This document shows, piece by piece, positions 1 to 10,826 of a stretch of DNA of 64,000 nt. The notes beneath the pieces were generated by a model that worked only from the letters and a program-made list of their open reading frames with translations, searched no databases and was not told the DNA's origin. Source of the stretch: an uncultured SAR86 cluster bacterium (GTDB taxonomy: Bacteria; Pseudomonadota; Gammaproteobacteria; Magnimaribacterales; D2472); contig CACEJU010000004.1 of NCBI GenBank assembly GCA_902559885.1, positions 4,526 through 68,525 of the forward strand, written 5' to 3'. Every line of letters starts with the position of its first letter. The stretch's first letter is position 1. Position numbers and translations under genes: made by a program.

Positions 1-139
<139 letters not shown>

Positions 140-178
140 AACTCGCATTACTATTTTAATTGTCATAATATTCAGCAC

Positions 179-1588
179 ATGGGCATAACTCGAACAAAAA
201 TAATCTGCACAATAGGACCAGCAACTAAAGATTTAGCTGTTCTTCGTAAGCTCTATAAAGCTGGCATGAATGTTGTTCGGATAAATATGTCACATGCTGA
301 TCATGTATTTGCAAAAAATATTATTGATAAAGTTAAAAAGATTAATTCAGATAAAAATTCAAATAATGGTCCTTTGGGAGTCCTCTTAGATACGCAAGGG
401 CCAGAAATAAGAACAGGAGATACTGAGCTACCAATTGATCTTAATACTGGTGACAGAGTTACATTGACAGTAAGAGACGAGGTAGATGTTGAAACATCAA
501 GCATAAAAATTAACTACAAAGATTTAATTTCATCAGTAAATGAAGGTTCCAAAATCTCTGTAGATAATGGTCTTATAAATTTTAAAGTTATCACTAAAGA
601 AGAGGAAACTCTTTTATGTGAAGTAATAGATGGAGGTAAGCTTGGCTCCAAAAGGCATGTCAATCTACCAGGAGTTAGGGTTAATTTACCATCATTAACC
701 AATAAAGATATAGATGACATTGAATTTGCAATTAAACATGATGTTGACTTTATAGCTTTGTCGTTTGTAAGAAACCCTAAAGATGTTAAGGAACTTCAAG
801 ACTTGCTTAAGTCTAAAAAATCTAAAGCAAAGATAATTTCTAAAATTGAAAATCAGGAAGGTCTTGATCACATTCATGAAATATCACAAATGTCATGGGG
901 TGTTATGGTTGCAAGAGGAGATCTGGGTATAGAAACTAGCTTAACTGATCTGCCTAATATTCAAAGAAGAATAATGTATGCATGCGCTAAGTGGGGTCGG
1001 CGCTCAATAGTTGCAACCCATTTATTAGAATCTATGATATCAAATCCAACACCTACAAGAGCTGAAGTTACCGATATTGCAAATGCGATATATGAGGGTG
1101 CTGATGCGATAATGCTCTCTGGAGAAACTAGTGTAGGAAAATATCCTGTTGAATGTGTAAATTTCTTGAAATCTATTTCTGAAGGAGCAGAGAAATTCAG
1201 AACATTAGGATACGAATCTAAACTGGTTGCCAACTCTGATTGGCAGCATATTGGCATAGCCGCAAGATCTCTAGCTGAGGCAACGGGTGCTGATGGTATT
1301 ATTGCCATTACAAGATCAGGATTAACTGCAGAAGTTGTATCTAATTCTAAGCCTCAACTTCCAATTTATACTTTTACAAATAAAAAACAAACCTATAATA
1401 AACTTTCATTAATCGGAGCAACCAGAGGCTTCTATATAAGTTCATTAGGAACACATGAAAAAGCAGTAGCGAAGGTTGTAAATAGACTAAAAAAAGAGTT
1501 TCCAAAAAATCAATTTAAAAAATTTGTATTAGTATCAGGCATTCGATCAAAAGATTATTCAGATGCAATAGAGATCATAAATATATAA
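179..1588 (+). CDS. pyk: Pyruvate kinase
   Basis: TKIICTIGPA, DTQGPEIRTG, MVARGDLG, PTRAEVTD and MLSGETSVGKYP motifs. Confidence 0.97.
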   Translation: MGITRTKIICTIGPATKDLAVLRKLYKAGMNVVRINMSHADHVFAKNIIDKVKKINSDKNSNNGPLGVLLDTQGPEIRTGDTELPIDLNTGDRVTLTVRDEVDVETSSIKINYKDLISSVNEGSKISVDNGLINFKVITKEEETLLCEVIDGGKLGSKRHVNLPGVRVNLPSLTNKDIDDIEFAIKHDVDFIALSFVRNPKDVKELQDLLKSKKSKAKIISKIENQEGLDHIHEISQMSWGVMVARGDLGIETSLTDLPNIQRRIMYACAKWGRRSIVATHLLESMISNPTPTRAEVTDIANAIYEGADAIMLSGETSVGKYPVECVNFLKSISEGAEKFRTLGYESKLVANSDWQHIGIAARSLAEATGADGIIAITRSGLTAEVVSNSKPQLPIYTFTNKKQTYNKLSLIGATRGFYISSLGTHEKAVAKVVNRLKKEFPKNQFKKFVLVSGIRSKDYSDAIEIINI

Positions 1589-2239
1589 ATGCAAGAATTT
1601 ATAAATTCAATAATTACTCATCTTAATTCTTCTATTAATGAATTTGGTAGCGCAAGTATTGTGACTTGTGGTGGCTCATCTCCTATAAATATATTTAAGC
1701 AGCTTAGCTTGCGTGACGATATAGATTGGTCAAATGTAAATTTAACATTACTTGATGATAGAAAAGTTTCAATAGATCATCCTGATTCAAATGAAAAATT
1801 ATTAATAGATCATTTTGCAAAAAATTCTGCTCAAAACATTAATATTGTGTCTTTATGCAATAGCCCAAATGAAGTATTAGAAATCAAAAGACCATTTGAT
1901 ATTATGTTAATAGGGTTAGGTGGGGATGGTCATTTTGCATCATTGTTCCCTGAGCTTGTTGATAATAAAGAGTGTTTTGATGTTGATGCAAATCCTGAAA
2001 TTCTTTTTCTTGGTGAAATGGGAGACCCTAAACATGAAAGAGTTTCAATGAACTTGTCATTAATACTGCAATCAAAAAAAATTATACTTATTTCTTCAAG
2101 TGATCAAAAAAACAATGTTATTGAACAGGCTTTTACTGATAAAGCTTTACCTTTATATTATTTACTTAATCAAAATATTACTGAAATAGATATTTATGAT
2201 TTAGCTAATTCTAAACCCTTGTATTTTCAAGGTTCTTAA
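1589..2239 (+). CDS. pgl: 6-phosphogluconolactonase
   Basis: GGSSP, DDRKV..DHPDSNE and GLGGDGHFASLFP motifs; Entner-Doudoroff context. Confidence 0.92.
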   Translation: MQEFINSIITHLNSSINEFGSASIVTCGGSSPINIFKQLSLRDDIDWSNVNLTLLDDRKVSIDHPDSNEKLLIDHFAKNSAQNINIVSLCNSPNEVLEIKRPFDIMLIGLGGDGHFASLFPELVDNKECFDVDANPEILFLGEMGDPKHERVSMNLSLILQSKKIILISSSDQKNNVIEQAFTDKALPLYYLLNQNITEIDIYDLANSKPLYFQGS

Positions 2240-3044
2240 TAACTTCATCACGCTTTTCATTCATATTGTTCCCAAAACAAGCTGAGACTGTTGCTGATAA
2301 GATATCAATAATAGCAAGATGTGCCAATCTTGAGGTCATGGGTATATGGAGATTGTTCTCTAATGGCGCATCTACGTGAAGTGCAATTGATGAAACTTTA
2401 GCTAAAGGTGAATCTTTAGTTGTGAGTGCTATAGTTTTGATATTATTTTTCTTTGCTATTTTAGCGGTCTTAACAATCTCCTCTGTTCTCCCAGTATAAG
2501 AGATTAAGATCAAGACATCTCCTTCACCCATCATAGATACAATCATTCTTTGATTAATATAGTCAGTATGAGCAACTACAGGTATACCAAATCTAAAAAA
2601 CTTATGTTGACCATCTAATGCTACAGGCCCTGAGCCGCCCAAACCAAAAAAAGTTAGACTTTTTGCAGATGCAATTAAATTGGTAGCTGCATCTATACTT
2701 TTAGGATCAAGGTTTTGACCTACATTCACAACTGTTGATTGAATATCACTCATTACTCTCTTAACAATATCAGGGGTATCCTTATCAACTTCAAAATTTT
2801 CTATAAGCATTCTATTAGTATTCGATAGCTCCTGAGCAATTTGAATTTTGAGAGCAGGGTAACCATCTAAACCTAGTTTTTTACAAAATCTATTAACAGT
2901 TGGTAGGCTAACATCAGCCTCAATAGATAAATCAGAAATGGATTGATTTATAACTTTCGACGGATTGTTAAGAACAATCGCGGCAATTCTTCGTTCTGAT
3001 TTACTTAACTGTGTTTGTCCGTTAACTAGATTATCTAATATCAA
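2211..3044 (-). CDS. hexR: RpiR-family regulator HexR (HTH + SIS domain)
   Basis: SLPTVNRFCKKLG HTH; FFGLGGSGPVALDGQHKFFR SIS domain; PMTSRLAHL; TTG start with AGGGGA upstream; sits in an ED cluster. Confidence 0.9.
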   Translation of the reverse strand: MILDNLVNGQTQLSKSERRIAAIVLNNPSKVINQSISDLSIEADVSLPTVNRFCKKLGLDGYPALKIQIAQELSNTNRMLIENFEVDKDTPDIVKRVMSDIQSTVVNVGQNLDPKSIDAATNLIASAKSLTFFGLGGSGPVALDGQHKFFRFGIPVVAHTDYINQRMIVSMMGEGDVLILISYTGRTEEIVKTAKIAKKNNIKTIALTTKDSPLAKVSSIALHVDAPLENNLHIPMTSRLAHLAIIDILSATVSACFGNNMNEKRDEVIKNLENTRV

Positions 3045-3076
3045 TTTATATCCCCTAATTAATAATAATTAAAAAT

Positions 3077-3091
3077 TGTAATATATTTACA
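3077..3091. promoter_or_regulatory. Putative HexR operator in the hexR/aceE divergent region
   Basis: TGTAATATATTTACA, one mismatch to the gammaproteobacterial HexR palindrome TGTAATwwwATTACA. A weaker copy TGTAATTTATGTATA lies at 3107-3121. Confidence 0.7.
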
Positions 3092-3203
3092 TTATTTTAA
3101 CAAATATGTAATTTATGTATATAATTAACGAAATAGAGTTATAAATTGCACATCAATCGGTTAAAATGCGCACAACAAAAAAAACTCAGATACGAGGGTA
3201 TAA

Positions 3204-5840
3204 TTGAATAAAAACGACATAGACCCGATAGAAACTCAAGAATGGCTTGAATCTATTAATAGTGTAATTGAAGAAGAGGGTATTGAAAGAGCATCATATA
3301 TCCTAACTAAGTTGGCCGAGAGGCTAAATCAAGATGGGGCAATTCCTTCATACAACCTTACTACTCCATTTAGAAATTCTATTCCAGTTAAAGAGGAGGC
3401 GCAGATGCCTGGTGATCTTTTTATGGAAAGGAAGATTCGCTCATTAATTAGATGGAATGCACTTGCAATGGTGCTTAGGGCTAATAAAAATGATGATGAC
3501 TTAGGTGGCCATATTTCAACTTTTTCATCCGCTGCGACTTTATATGATGTTGGTTTTAATTATTTTTTTAGAGGTTCTGATGATGGTCTCGAAGATTTAA
3601 TTTACTTTCAAGGACACTCATCACCTGGTATTTATGCCAGGAGTTTTCTTGAGGGATACCTTAATGAAGAGGATTTAGATAATTTCAGAAGAGAGGTTGA
3701 TAAGCCTGGATTATCTTCTTATCCACATCCTTGGCTCATGCCAAATTATTGGCAGTTCCCAACTGTCTCTATGGGGCTTGGTCCAATTATGGGTATTTAT
3801 CAGGCTCATGTTATGAGGTATATGTCTGCAAGAGGCCTCGTTCCAAGAAATGATAGAAAGGTATGGGTATTTTGTGGTGATGGTGAGATGGATGAACCGG
3901 AATCCAAAGGTGCAATTGCCTTAGCCGGAAGAGAAAATTTAGAAAATTTAATTTTTGTTATTAACTGTAATCTTCAAAGACTCGATGGTCCTGTAAGAGG
4001 AAATGGCAAAATTATACAAGAGCTTGAAGGTGCATTTAGAGGATGTGGTTGGAATGTTATTAAAGTTGTTTGGGGTAGATTTTGGGATCCCTTAATTGCT
4101 AAAGATAAAGAAGGAAAGCTTCAAGAACTTATGGATCATGTTGTTGATGGAGAGCTTCAAAATTTCAAAGCAAAGGGTGGCGCTTATACAAGAGATAACT
4201 TTTTCGCACAAAACCCTGATGTGCTAGAAATGGTATCTGATTTAACCGATGAAGATATTTATAGATTAAATAGAGGTGGTCATGATCCATATAAAGTTTA
4301 TGCAGCTTATCATAAAGCTGTTAATTCTAAAGGTGCTCCTACAGTCATCCTTGCCTTAACAACTAAAGGTTATGGGACTGGATCAAGAGAAGCTGACAAT
4401 ACAACACACCAAGTCAAAAAGCTTTCAATGGATAATATAAAATCATTTAGAGATAGGTTTGATATTCCAGTTTCTGATGATGATATTGAAAATATACCTT
4501 ATGTAAAACCTCCAAAAGATTCTCCTGAAATTCAATATTTATTGAAAACTAGAGAAAAACTAGGCGGGCCAATTCCAAGAAGAAGAGATGATTTTAAAGC
4601 CTTGCCCGAGGCTGATAGTAAAGCTTTTGATAAGTTTAATAATGGCAGTGGAGACAGAAAATTATCTACAACCATGGCAAGCGTTAGAATTATTACTGAT
4701 CTTTTAAAAGATAAAGGAATTGGTGAAAGAATTGTTCCAATAGTTCCTGATGAAGCAAGAACCTTTGGAATGGAAGGCTTATTTAGACAAATTGGTATAT
4801 ATTCATCCGAAGGTCAAAAATATAACCCCGAAGATGCTGATAAAGTAATGTGGTACAAAGAGTCACGAGATGGGGTCATGCTTGAAGAGGGTATCACTGA
4901 GTCAGGAGCATTTTCTGCATGGATAGCATTAGCTACAGCATACTCTAATTATGATTTCCCAATGATTCCAATTTATTTATTTTATTCAATGTTTGGTTTT
5001 CAACGTATTCATGATTTAGCTTGGGCAGCTGGTGATTCTCAAGCAAGAGGCTTCTTAATTGGTGCAACCTCAGGAAGAACAACATTAAATGGTGAGGGAC
5101 TTCAACATCAAGATGGCCATAGCCATATTTTCTCTTCAACAATACCAAATTGTTTGTCATATGATCCTACCTACGCTTATGAAGTAGCAACAATTTTTAA
5201 AGATGGCATTCAAAAAATGTATGTAGAGAAAAAGAATTGTTTCTATTACATAACAGTAATGAATGAGAATTATGATCATCCAGAGAAACCAGATGGTTGT
5301 GAAGATGGAATTATAAAAGGCTTATATAAATTAAAAGAAGCCGAAAATCCCTCTGTTCGTTTGGTTGGCTCTGGATCAATTTTAAGAGAATCCGTTAAAG
5401 CAGTTGAAGTTTTGTCTAAATATAAGATAAATGCTGAAGTTTGGAGCGCAACAAGTTTCAACTTACTCAGAAAAGATGGAATGGAAGTTGAAAGAGAGAA
5501 TAGATTGAACCCAACAAAAGAAGCTAAAATTCCATATGTTACAAAACAATTCTCTGACTCAGACACACCAATAATTGCATCTACTGATTATATGAGATCC
5601 TATGCTGAGCAAATTAGACCTTATATAGATTCAGAATATTATGTTCTTGGAACAGACGGTTATGGAAGAAGTGATTCCAGAGAATCATTGAGAAGCTTTT
5701 TTGAAATTGATGCAAATAATATTGCAGCTACTGCCGCATATGCATTATTTAAAAAAGGTGATATTGACAAAAAAGAGGTAAACAAAATCTATAAAGATTT
5801 AGGTATTGATGCATCAAAACCAAATCCATGGGAAGTTTAA
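3204..5840 (+). CDS. aceE: Pyruvate dehydrogenase E1 (homodimeric type)
   Basis: DIDPIETQEWLES, YFQGHSSPGIYAR, GDGEMDEPES ThDP motif, PDEARTFGMEG; TTG start. Confidence 0.98.
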   Translation: MNKNDIDPIETQEWLESINSVIEEEGIERASYILTKLAERLNQDGAIPSYNLTTPFRNSIPVKEEAQMPGDLFMERKIRSLIRWNALAMVLRANKNDDDLGGHISTFSSAATLYDVGFNYFFRGSDDGLEDLIYFQGHSSPGIYARSFLEGYLNEEDLDNFRREVDKPGLSSYPHPWLMPNYWQFPTVSMGLGPIMGIYQAHVMRYMSARGLVPRNDRKVWVFCGDGEMDEPESKGAIALAGRENLENLIFVINCNLQRLDGPVRGNGKIIQELEGAFRGCGWNVIKVVWGRFWDPLIAKDKEGKLQELMDHVVDGELQNFKAKGGAYTRDNFFAQNPDVLEMVSDLTDEDIYRLNRGGHDPYKVYAAYHKAVNSKGAPTVILALTTKGYGTGSREADNTTHQVKKLSMDNIKSFRDRFDIPVSDDDIENIPYVKPPKDSPEIQYLLKTREKLGGPIPRRRDDFKALPEADSKAFDKFNNGSGDRKLSTTMASVRIITDLLKDKGIGERIVPIVPDEARTFGMEGLFRQIGIYSSEGQKYNPEDADKVMWYKESRDGVMLEEGITESGAFSAWIALATAYSNYDFPMIPIYLFYSMFGFQRIHDLAWAAGDSQARGFLIGATSGRTTLNGEGLQHQDGHSHIFSSTIPNCLSYDPTYAYEVATIFKDGIQKMYVEKKNCFYYITVMNENYDHPEKPDGCEDGIIKGLYKLKEAENPSVRLVGSGSILRESVKAVEVLSKYKINAEVWSATSFNLLRKDGMEVERENRLNPTKEAKIPYVTKQFSDSDTPIIASTDYMRSYAEQIRPYIDSEYYVLGTDGYGRSDSRESLRSFFEIDANNIAATAAYALFKKGDIDKKEVNKIYKDLGIDASKPNPWEV

Positions 5841-7424
5841 ATGTCCATTGAAATTATAAATATTCCAGACCTTGGTGAAGTTGAAGAAGTTGAAGTAATT
5901 GAAATATCAGTTGATGTTGGTCAAGAAGTAGAAAACGAAGATACTATTATTGTTTTAGAAAGCGATAAAGCAGCAATGGAGATACCAGCCTCAAAACAAG
6001 GCAAAATCTCCAAGCTTTTAGTAAATATTGGAGATAAAGTTACTGAAGGAATGCCATTTCTTGAAATTGAAACGCAAGATGGTGAAAAAGAAATTTCAAG
6101 TGAAGATAAATCTAAAACAATTGAAGAAAAAAATGTGTCTAGTGAAGAGACTAATGATATTTCAGTAGAGCCTGGAACGCCTGAATTAATAACTTTAAAC
6201 ATACCAGACTTAGGTGAGGTTGATGAGGTAGAAGTTATCGAAATTTCGTCATCTGTTAATAAAGAGGTTGGAGAAGATGAGCCTATTGTAGTTCTAGAAA
6301 GCGATAAGGCAGCAATGGAAATACCTGCATCAGTTCCAGGAGTAATAAAAAAAATTCATGTAAAAGTAGGGGATAAAGTCAAAGAGGGTATGCCTTTTAT
6401 CGATATCGAAACTATTTCAGTAAGAAAAGAAGCTGTACCTACTAAAGAGGATGTTTCAAAGAATATAGAGCCTACTTCTCAGGTAAATTCAGTACAAAAA
6501 TCAAAACCTCAACAACAAAGTGTTCAACATAAAGCTGGAAAATCTCACGCAGGGCCAGCAGTTAGAAAATTAGCAAGGGAATTTGGAGTTGATTTAAAGC
6601 TTGTCACGCCTACCGGACCAAAAGGAAGAATATTAAAAGAAGATTTACATGTTTATGTATCCAATAAACTTAACAATCCAGATCAAGGCGGAATACAAGT
6701 ATCGCAACCTGATATTGATTACTCAAAATGGGGAGAAATTGAAACCAAGCCACTATCAAAGTTTCAAAAAACTGCTAGTGATAACCTTCACTCCTCATGG
6801 GTTAACATACCTCATGTCACCCAACATGATGAGGCGAATATAACTGATCTTCTAGACTTTAGAAAAAAAGCTAACTCAGAGCATTCATTAAAAATTTCTC
6901 CTCTAGCTTATATTATTAAAATTACTGCTGAGACACTTAAAGATTTCCCTGAATTTAACTCGTCTTTATCAGCTAATCTTCAAGATTTAGTGTATAAAAA
7001 ATATATTAATATTGGTATTGCTGTAGATACTCCTAACGGCTTGATTGTTCCGAATATAAAAAATACAGATAAGCTGAATGTTCGAGAAATTTCTGATGAA
7101 GTATTTAGATTGGCAAAAGCTGCAAAGGACAGAAAGCTTAAGGTCGAAGAGCTAAAAGGGGCAACTTTTACAATATCTTCATTAAGTGGAATTGGAGGTA
7201 AATTCTTTACTCCTATAATTAATCCGCCAGAGGTTGGAATTCTTGGTTTATCTAAAACTTTTGAAGGCCTTTCATTAGAAAATGAAAAAGTTGAAGTCAA
7301 CATGATGTTGCCTATGTCACTTTCTTATGATCACAGAGTTATAAATGGAGCATATGCTGCAAAATTTATATCTAAACTTTCAGAAAATTTATCTAATTCA
7401 GATAATTATAAAGAAATTTTTTAA
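5841..7424 (+). CDS. aceF: Pyruvate dehydrogenase E2 with two lipoyl domains
   Basis: Two LESDKAAMEIP lipoyl motifs; HAGPAVRKLARE subunit-binding domain; SYDHRVING catalytic motif. Confidence 0.96.
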   Translation: MSIEIINIPDLGEVEEVEVIEISVDVGQEVENEDTIIVLESDKAAMEIPASKQGKISKLLVNIGDKVTEGMPFLEIETQDGEKEISSEDKSKTIEEKNVSSEETNDISVEPGTPELITLNIPDLGEVDEVEVIEISSSVNKEVGEDEPIVVLESDKAAMEIPASVPGVIKKIHVKVGDKVKEGMPFIDIETISVRKEAVPTKEDVSKNIEPTSQVNSVQKSKPQQQSVQHKAGKSHAGPAVRKLAREFGVDLKLVTPTGPKGRILKEDLHVYVSNKLNNPDQGGIQVSQPDIDYSKWGEIETKPLSKFQKTASDNLHSSWVNIPHVTQHDEANITDLLDFRKKANSEHSLKISPLAYIIKITAETLKDFPEFNSSLSANLQDLVYKKYINIGIAVDTPNGLIVPNIKNTDKLNVREISDEVFRLAKAAKDRKLKVEELKGATFTISSLSGIGGKFFTPIINPPEVGILGLSKTFEGLSLENEKVEVNMMLPMSLSYDHRVINGAYAAKFISKLSENLSNSDNYKEIF

Positions 7425-7425
7425 A

Positions 7426-7479
7426 TGTAATTATTTTACATATTAAACAAAATATCCTCTATTTTGTATATTATTAACA
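7426..7479. promoter_or_regulatory. Two putative HexR operators upstream of zwf
   Basis: TGTAATTATTTTACA (7426-7440) and TGTATATTATTAACA (7465-7479); same 15-bp palindrome geometry as the site at 3077. Confidence 0.7.
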
Positions 7480-7568
7480 TCATTTAATATAAAATTGATA
7501 TCATAAACTTAAGGGAGATAGGTTTATGGTATTTCAAAAATTATCTCTGTATTTTAAAGGTGGTATAT

Positions 7569-9026
7569 ATGTCGGATGTAGAAAAGCTTAATACATTTAA
7601 TTTATATATTTTTGGAGGAACTGGCGATCTTGCAAATAGAAAACTATTACCAGCTCTTTTTAGGCAATTTATTCTTGGAAGTTTCTCAGATCAAAGCAAT
7701 ATAACAGGCATAGGCACTAAAGAATTATCTGAAGAAGACTATCTTAATATTGTTCAAAATTCACTTCAGAAACATAGCGACTTATACTCAGATGAACTAT
7801 GGCAAAAATTCTCAAATAAACTTACATACAAAAAAATAGATATCAATAATGATGAGGATTGGAAAAATTTTGAGCCTCAATCAATTGATGCTGTAAAAAT
7901 ATTTTATTTGGCCATACCTCCATCATTATATGAATCGATCTCAAGTAAATTGCATTCATACCAATGCATTGATGAAAAGTCACGTATCGTTGTTGAAAAA
8001 CCAATTGGTTCAGATTTAGAGACTGCAAAAAAAATAAATGACAGTCTATCAATTGGATTTTCAGAAAATCAAATTTACAGAATTGATCACTACTTAGGAA
8101 AAGAAGCGGTTCAAAATTTATTAGCTTTAAGATTTGGCAATATTATCTTTGAGCAAAGCTGGTCCAATAGAGCTATTGATCATGTACAGATTACCGTTGC
8201 TGAAGATCTTGGTGTAGAGGATAGAGGTAATTACTATGACAAGACAGGTGCCCTTAAAGACATGATTCAAAATCATTTAATTCAAATTTTATGCCTCATA
8301 GCTATGGAGCCACCAGTATCTATTAATAGCGAATCTGTAAGGGATGAAAAGCTTAAGGTATTAAAATCTTTAGCTCCATTTGATTTAAATAATATTAAAA
8401 CTAATTCTGTAAGAGCGAGATATTCTGAGGGTGTTTATAACAAAGAGGCTGTTAAGGCTTATATCGATGAAGATGGTGTAGAAGAAACTAATAATACTGA
8501 AACATTTGTAGCTCTAAAATTATTTATAAATAATTGGAGATGGTCCGGAGTGCCGTTTTTTTTAAGAACTGGCAAAAGAATGAAAAAAAAGGTTTCTGAG
8601 ATTGTTGTTAGATACAAGAACATTCCGCATAACATCTTTTCTTCAGATGCAAAAGTTCACTCTAATCAATTAGTTCTTAGAATCCATCCTGATGAAGGGG
8701 TGGATTTAAAATTAAATACAAAAGAACCTTCAGTGTCAGGATTCAACCTTGAAGAACTTCCTCTTGATTTAAACCTTCAGGATTATTATGAAATGGGTCA
8801 CCAAGATTGTTATGAAAGGTTATTACTTGATGTTATCAAGGGCAATCAGGCACTATTTGTTAGAAAAGATGAAATTGAAGCATCATGGGAGTGGATAGAT
8901 AGCATTACAAAACTATGGAATTCTGAAGATATACCTATGGATGAATATAGCTCAGGTAGCTGGGGACCATCATCATCAGAATTAATGCTATCAAAAGAAA
9001 ATAAGAAATGGATTGATAAAAATTAA
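7569..9026 (+). CDS. zwf: Glucose-6-phosphate 1-dehydrogenase
   Basis: FGGTGDLANRKLLPAL, YRIDHYLGKE and WRWSGVPFFLRTGKR motifs. Start moved to ATG 7569, which follows AAGGTGG. Confidence 0.97.
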   Translation: MSDVEKLNTFNLYIFGGTGDLANRKLLPALFRQFILGSFSDQSNITGIGTKELSEEDYLNIVQNSLQKHSDLYSDELWQKFSNKLTYKKIDINNDEDWKNFEPQSIDAVKIFYLAIPPSLYESISSKLHSYQCIDEKSRIVVEKPIGSDLETAKKINDSLSIGFSENQIYRIDHYLGKEAVQNLLALRFGNIIFEQSWSNRAIDHVQITVAEDLGVEDRGNYYDKTGALKDMIQNHLIQILCLIAMEPPVSINSESVRDEKLKVLKSLAPFDLNNIKTNSVRARYSEGVYNKEAVKAYIDEDGVEETNNTETFVALKLFINNWRWSGVPFFLRTGKRMKKKVSEIVVRYKNIPHNIFSSDAKVHSNQLVLRIHPDEGVDLKLNTKEPSVSGFNLEELPLDLNLQDYYEMGHQDCYERLLLDVIKGNQALFVRKDEIEASWEWIDSITKLWNSEDIPMDEYSSGSWGPSSSELMLSKENKKWIDKN

Positions 9027-9028
9027 TA

Positions 9029-10825
9029 ATGACAGCAAAGCAAGAAATACAAAAGATAGCAAATGATATTGAATCACGGAGTAGGGATTTAAGAAAAAGC
9101 TACTTAGGTAAAATAAATCAACAGAAAATTGATTCATCTAAGGCAAAAAGCAATATGGGGTGTAGTAATTTTGCGCATGCATTCGCAGCATGTGATAAAG
9201 GACAGCAATCCCAAGCAGCTGATGGAGCGCCTGTTATAGGTATCGTTAATGCATACAATGATATGTTGTCAGCTCATGAGCCGCTAAAAGATTATCCTGA
9301 CATAATAAAAGAAACCGCTATTAAAAATAACTCTATAGCAAGAGTTGCAGCTGGTGTTCCAGCAATGTGTGATGGCATTACGCAAGGTGAGCCAGGCATG
9401 GAACTTTCTTTATTTAGTAGAGATGTAATTGCTATGTCTACGGCTGTTGGATTTTCTCACAATGTATTTGATGCAGGTTTATGTTTAGGTGTATGCGATA
9501 AGATTGTACCTGGTTTGGTTATTGGGGCTTTAAGTTTTGGGCATTTACCAATTGGATTTATACCTGCTGGGCCTATGTCTACAGGATTATCAAATAAAGA
9601 AAAGGCTGAAAATAGAAAGAAATTTACAGCAGGTGAAATTGATAGATCTGCTCTAATTGCAAGTGAGCAGGCTTCGTATCACTCTTCTGGTACATGTACT
9701 TTTTATGGAACGGCTAATACTAACCAATTGATAATTGAAACCATGGGGCTGCAGCTACCAAGTGCTTCATTCACACCTCCTGGAACAAATACAAGAAAAC
9801 TACTAATTGAAAAAACAGTTACTTCAGTATTAGATTTAAATAAAAAAGATTCTTCATTAGGTGAAATGTTAGATGTTAAAAGCTGGGTTAATGGATTAGT
9901 TGCTCTTTTAGGAAGTGGAGGCTCTACCAATCTAACAATTCACATGCTCGCAATGGCAAGAGCTGGAGGATTTCACATTACCTTAGATGACATTAATGCA
10001 TTATCAAACATTGTCCCAACAATAGCTTCAGTTTATCCAAATGGATCTGCTGATGTTAATGAGTTTCATAATGCGGGTGGAGTTGCATCTTTAATTGGTT
10101 CCTTATTGGATGGGGGATATCTATTTGATGATGTTTCAACAATTCTTGGAAGCGGTCTAGAGAAATATGCAAATAAATTAGAAGTTAAAGATAATAACTT
10201 GTACTGGGAAAATAGATCTGTAATCAAAGATCAATCTATTATAAGAGATACTAATAATCCTTTTAGAAGCTCAGGCGGTATTAAGGTTATTGATGGTAAT
10301 ATCGGCAGAGGTATTATTAAGGTATCTGCTTTAGAGGACTCAGAGAAAAAAATCACAGCACCAGCAAAAGTTTTTCAAAGTCAGGAAGAGGTTATACAAG
10401 CTTTTGAAAATGATGAATTGAATGCAGATACTATTGTAGTTATTAAAGGCCAAGGCCCTTCAGCTAATGGTATGCCAGAGCTTCATAAGCTAACGTCTAT
10501 TGTTGGAGTTTTGAGGGCCAGAGGACATGAGATTGCTCTTGTTACAGATGGAAGAATGTCTGGCGCGTCAGGAAGTTTTCCTGCGATTATTCATATTCAC
10601 CCCGAAGCAGCGAAGGGCGGTAATATAGGCAAGATTAGAGATAATGACTCATTAACTATTAATTTAGCAACTGGTAACCTAGATATTGATTTATCTGAAG
10701 ATGAGTTGAACTTAAGATCAGTAGAGCTTAATCCAATTTCTCAAGAAGGAGTTGGAAGAGAGTTGTTTAATATTTTCCGAAACTCTGTTACTGACGTTGA
10801 TGATGGGGCTTCAGTATTTGATTGA
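9029..10825 (+). CDS. edd: 6-phosphogluconate dehydratase
   Basis: YNDMLSAHEP, GVPAMCDGITQG, GTCTFYGTANTNQ, GMPELHKL and TDGRMSGASG motifs. Confidence 0.97.
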   Translation: MTAKQEIQKIANDIESRSRDLRKSYLGKINQQKIDSSKAKSNMGCSNFAHAFAACDKGQQSQAADGAPVIGIVNAYNDMLSAHEPLKDYPDIIKETAIKNNSIARVAAGVPAMCDGITQGEPGMELSLFSRDVIAMSTAVGFSHNVFDAGLCLGVCDKIVPGLVIGALSFGHLPIGFIPAGPMSTGLSNKEKAENRKKFTAGEIDRSALIASEQASYHSSGTCTFYGTANTNQLIIETMGLQLPSASFTPPGTNTRKLLIEKTVTSVLDLNKKDSSLGEMLDVKSWVNGLVALLGSGGSTNLTIHMLAMARAGGFHITLDDINALSNIVPTIASVYPNGSADVNEFHNAGGVASLIGSLLDGGYLFDDVSTILGSGLEKYANKLEVKDNNLYWENRSVIKDQSIIRDTNNPFRSSGGIKVIDGNIGRGIIKVSALEDSEKKITAPAKVFQSQEEVIQAFENDELNADTIVVIKGQGPSANGMPELHKLTSIVGVLRARGHEIALVTDGRMSGASGSFPAIIHIHPEAAKGGNIGKIRDNDSLTINLATGNLDIDLSEDELNLRSVELNPISQEGVGRELFNIFRNSVTDVDDGASVFD

Positions 10826-10826
10826 G

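Noticed and set aside
5841-6420. Repeated DNA/protein segment in aceF
   Set aside because: Explained by the normal tandem lipoyl domains of PDH E2
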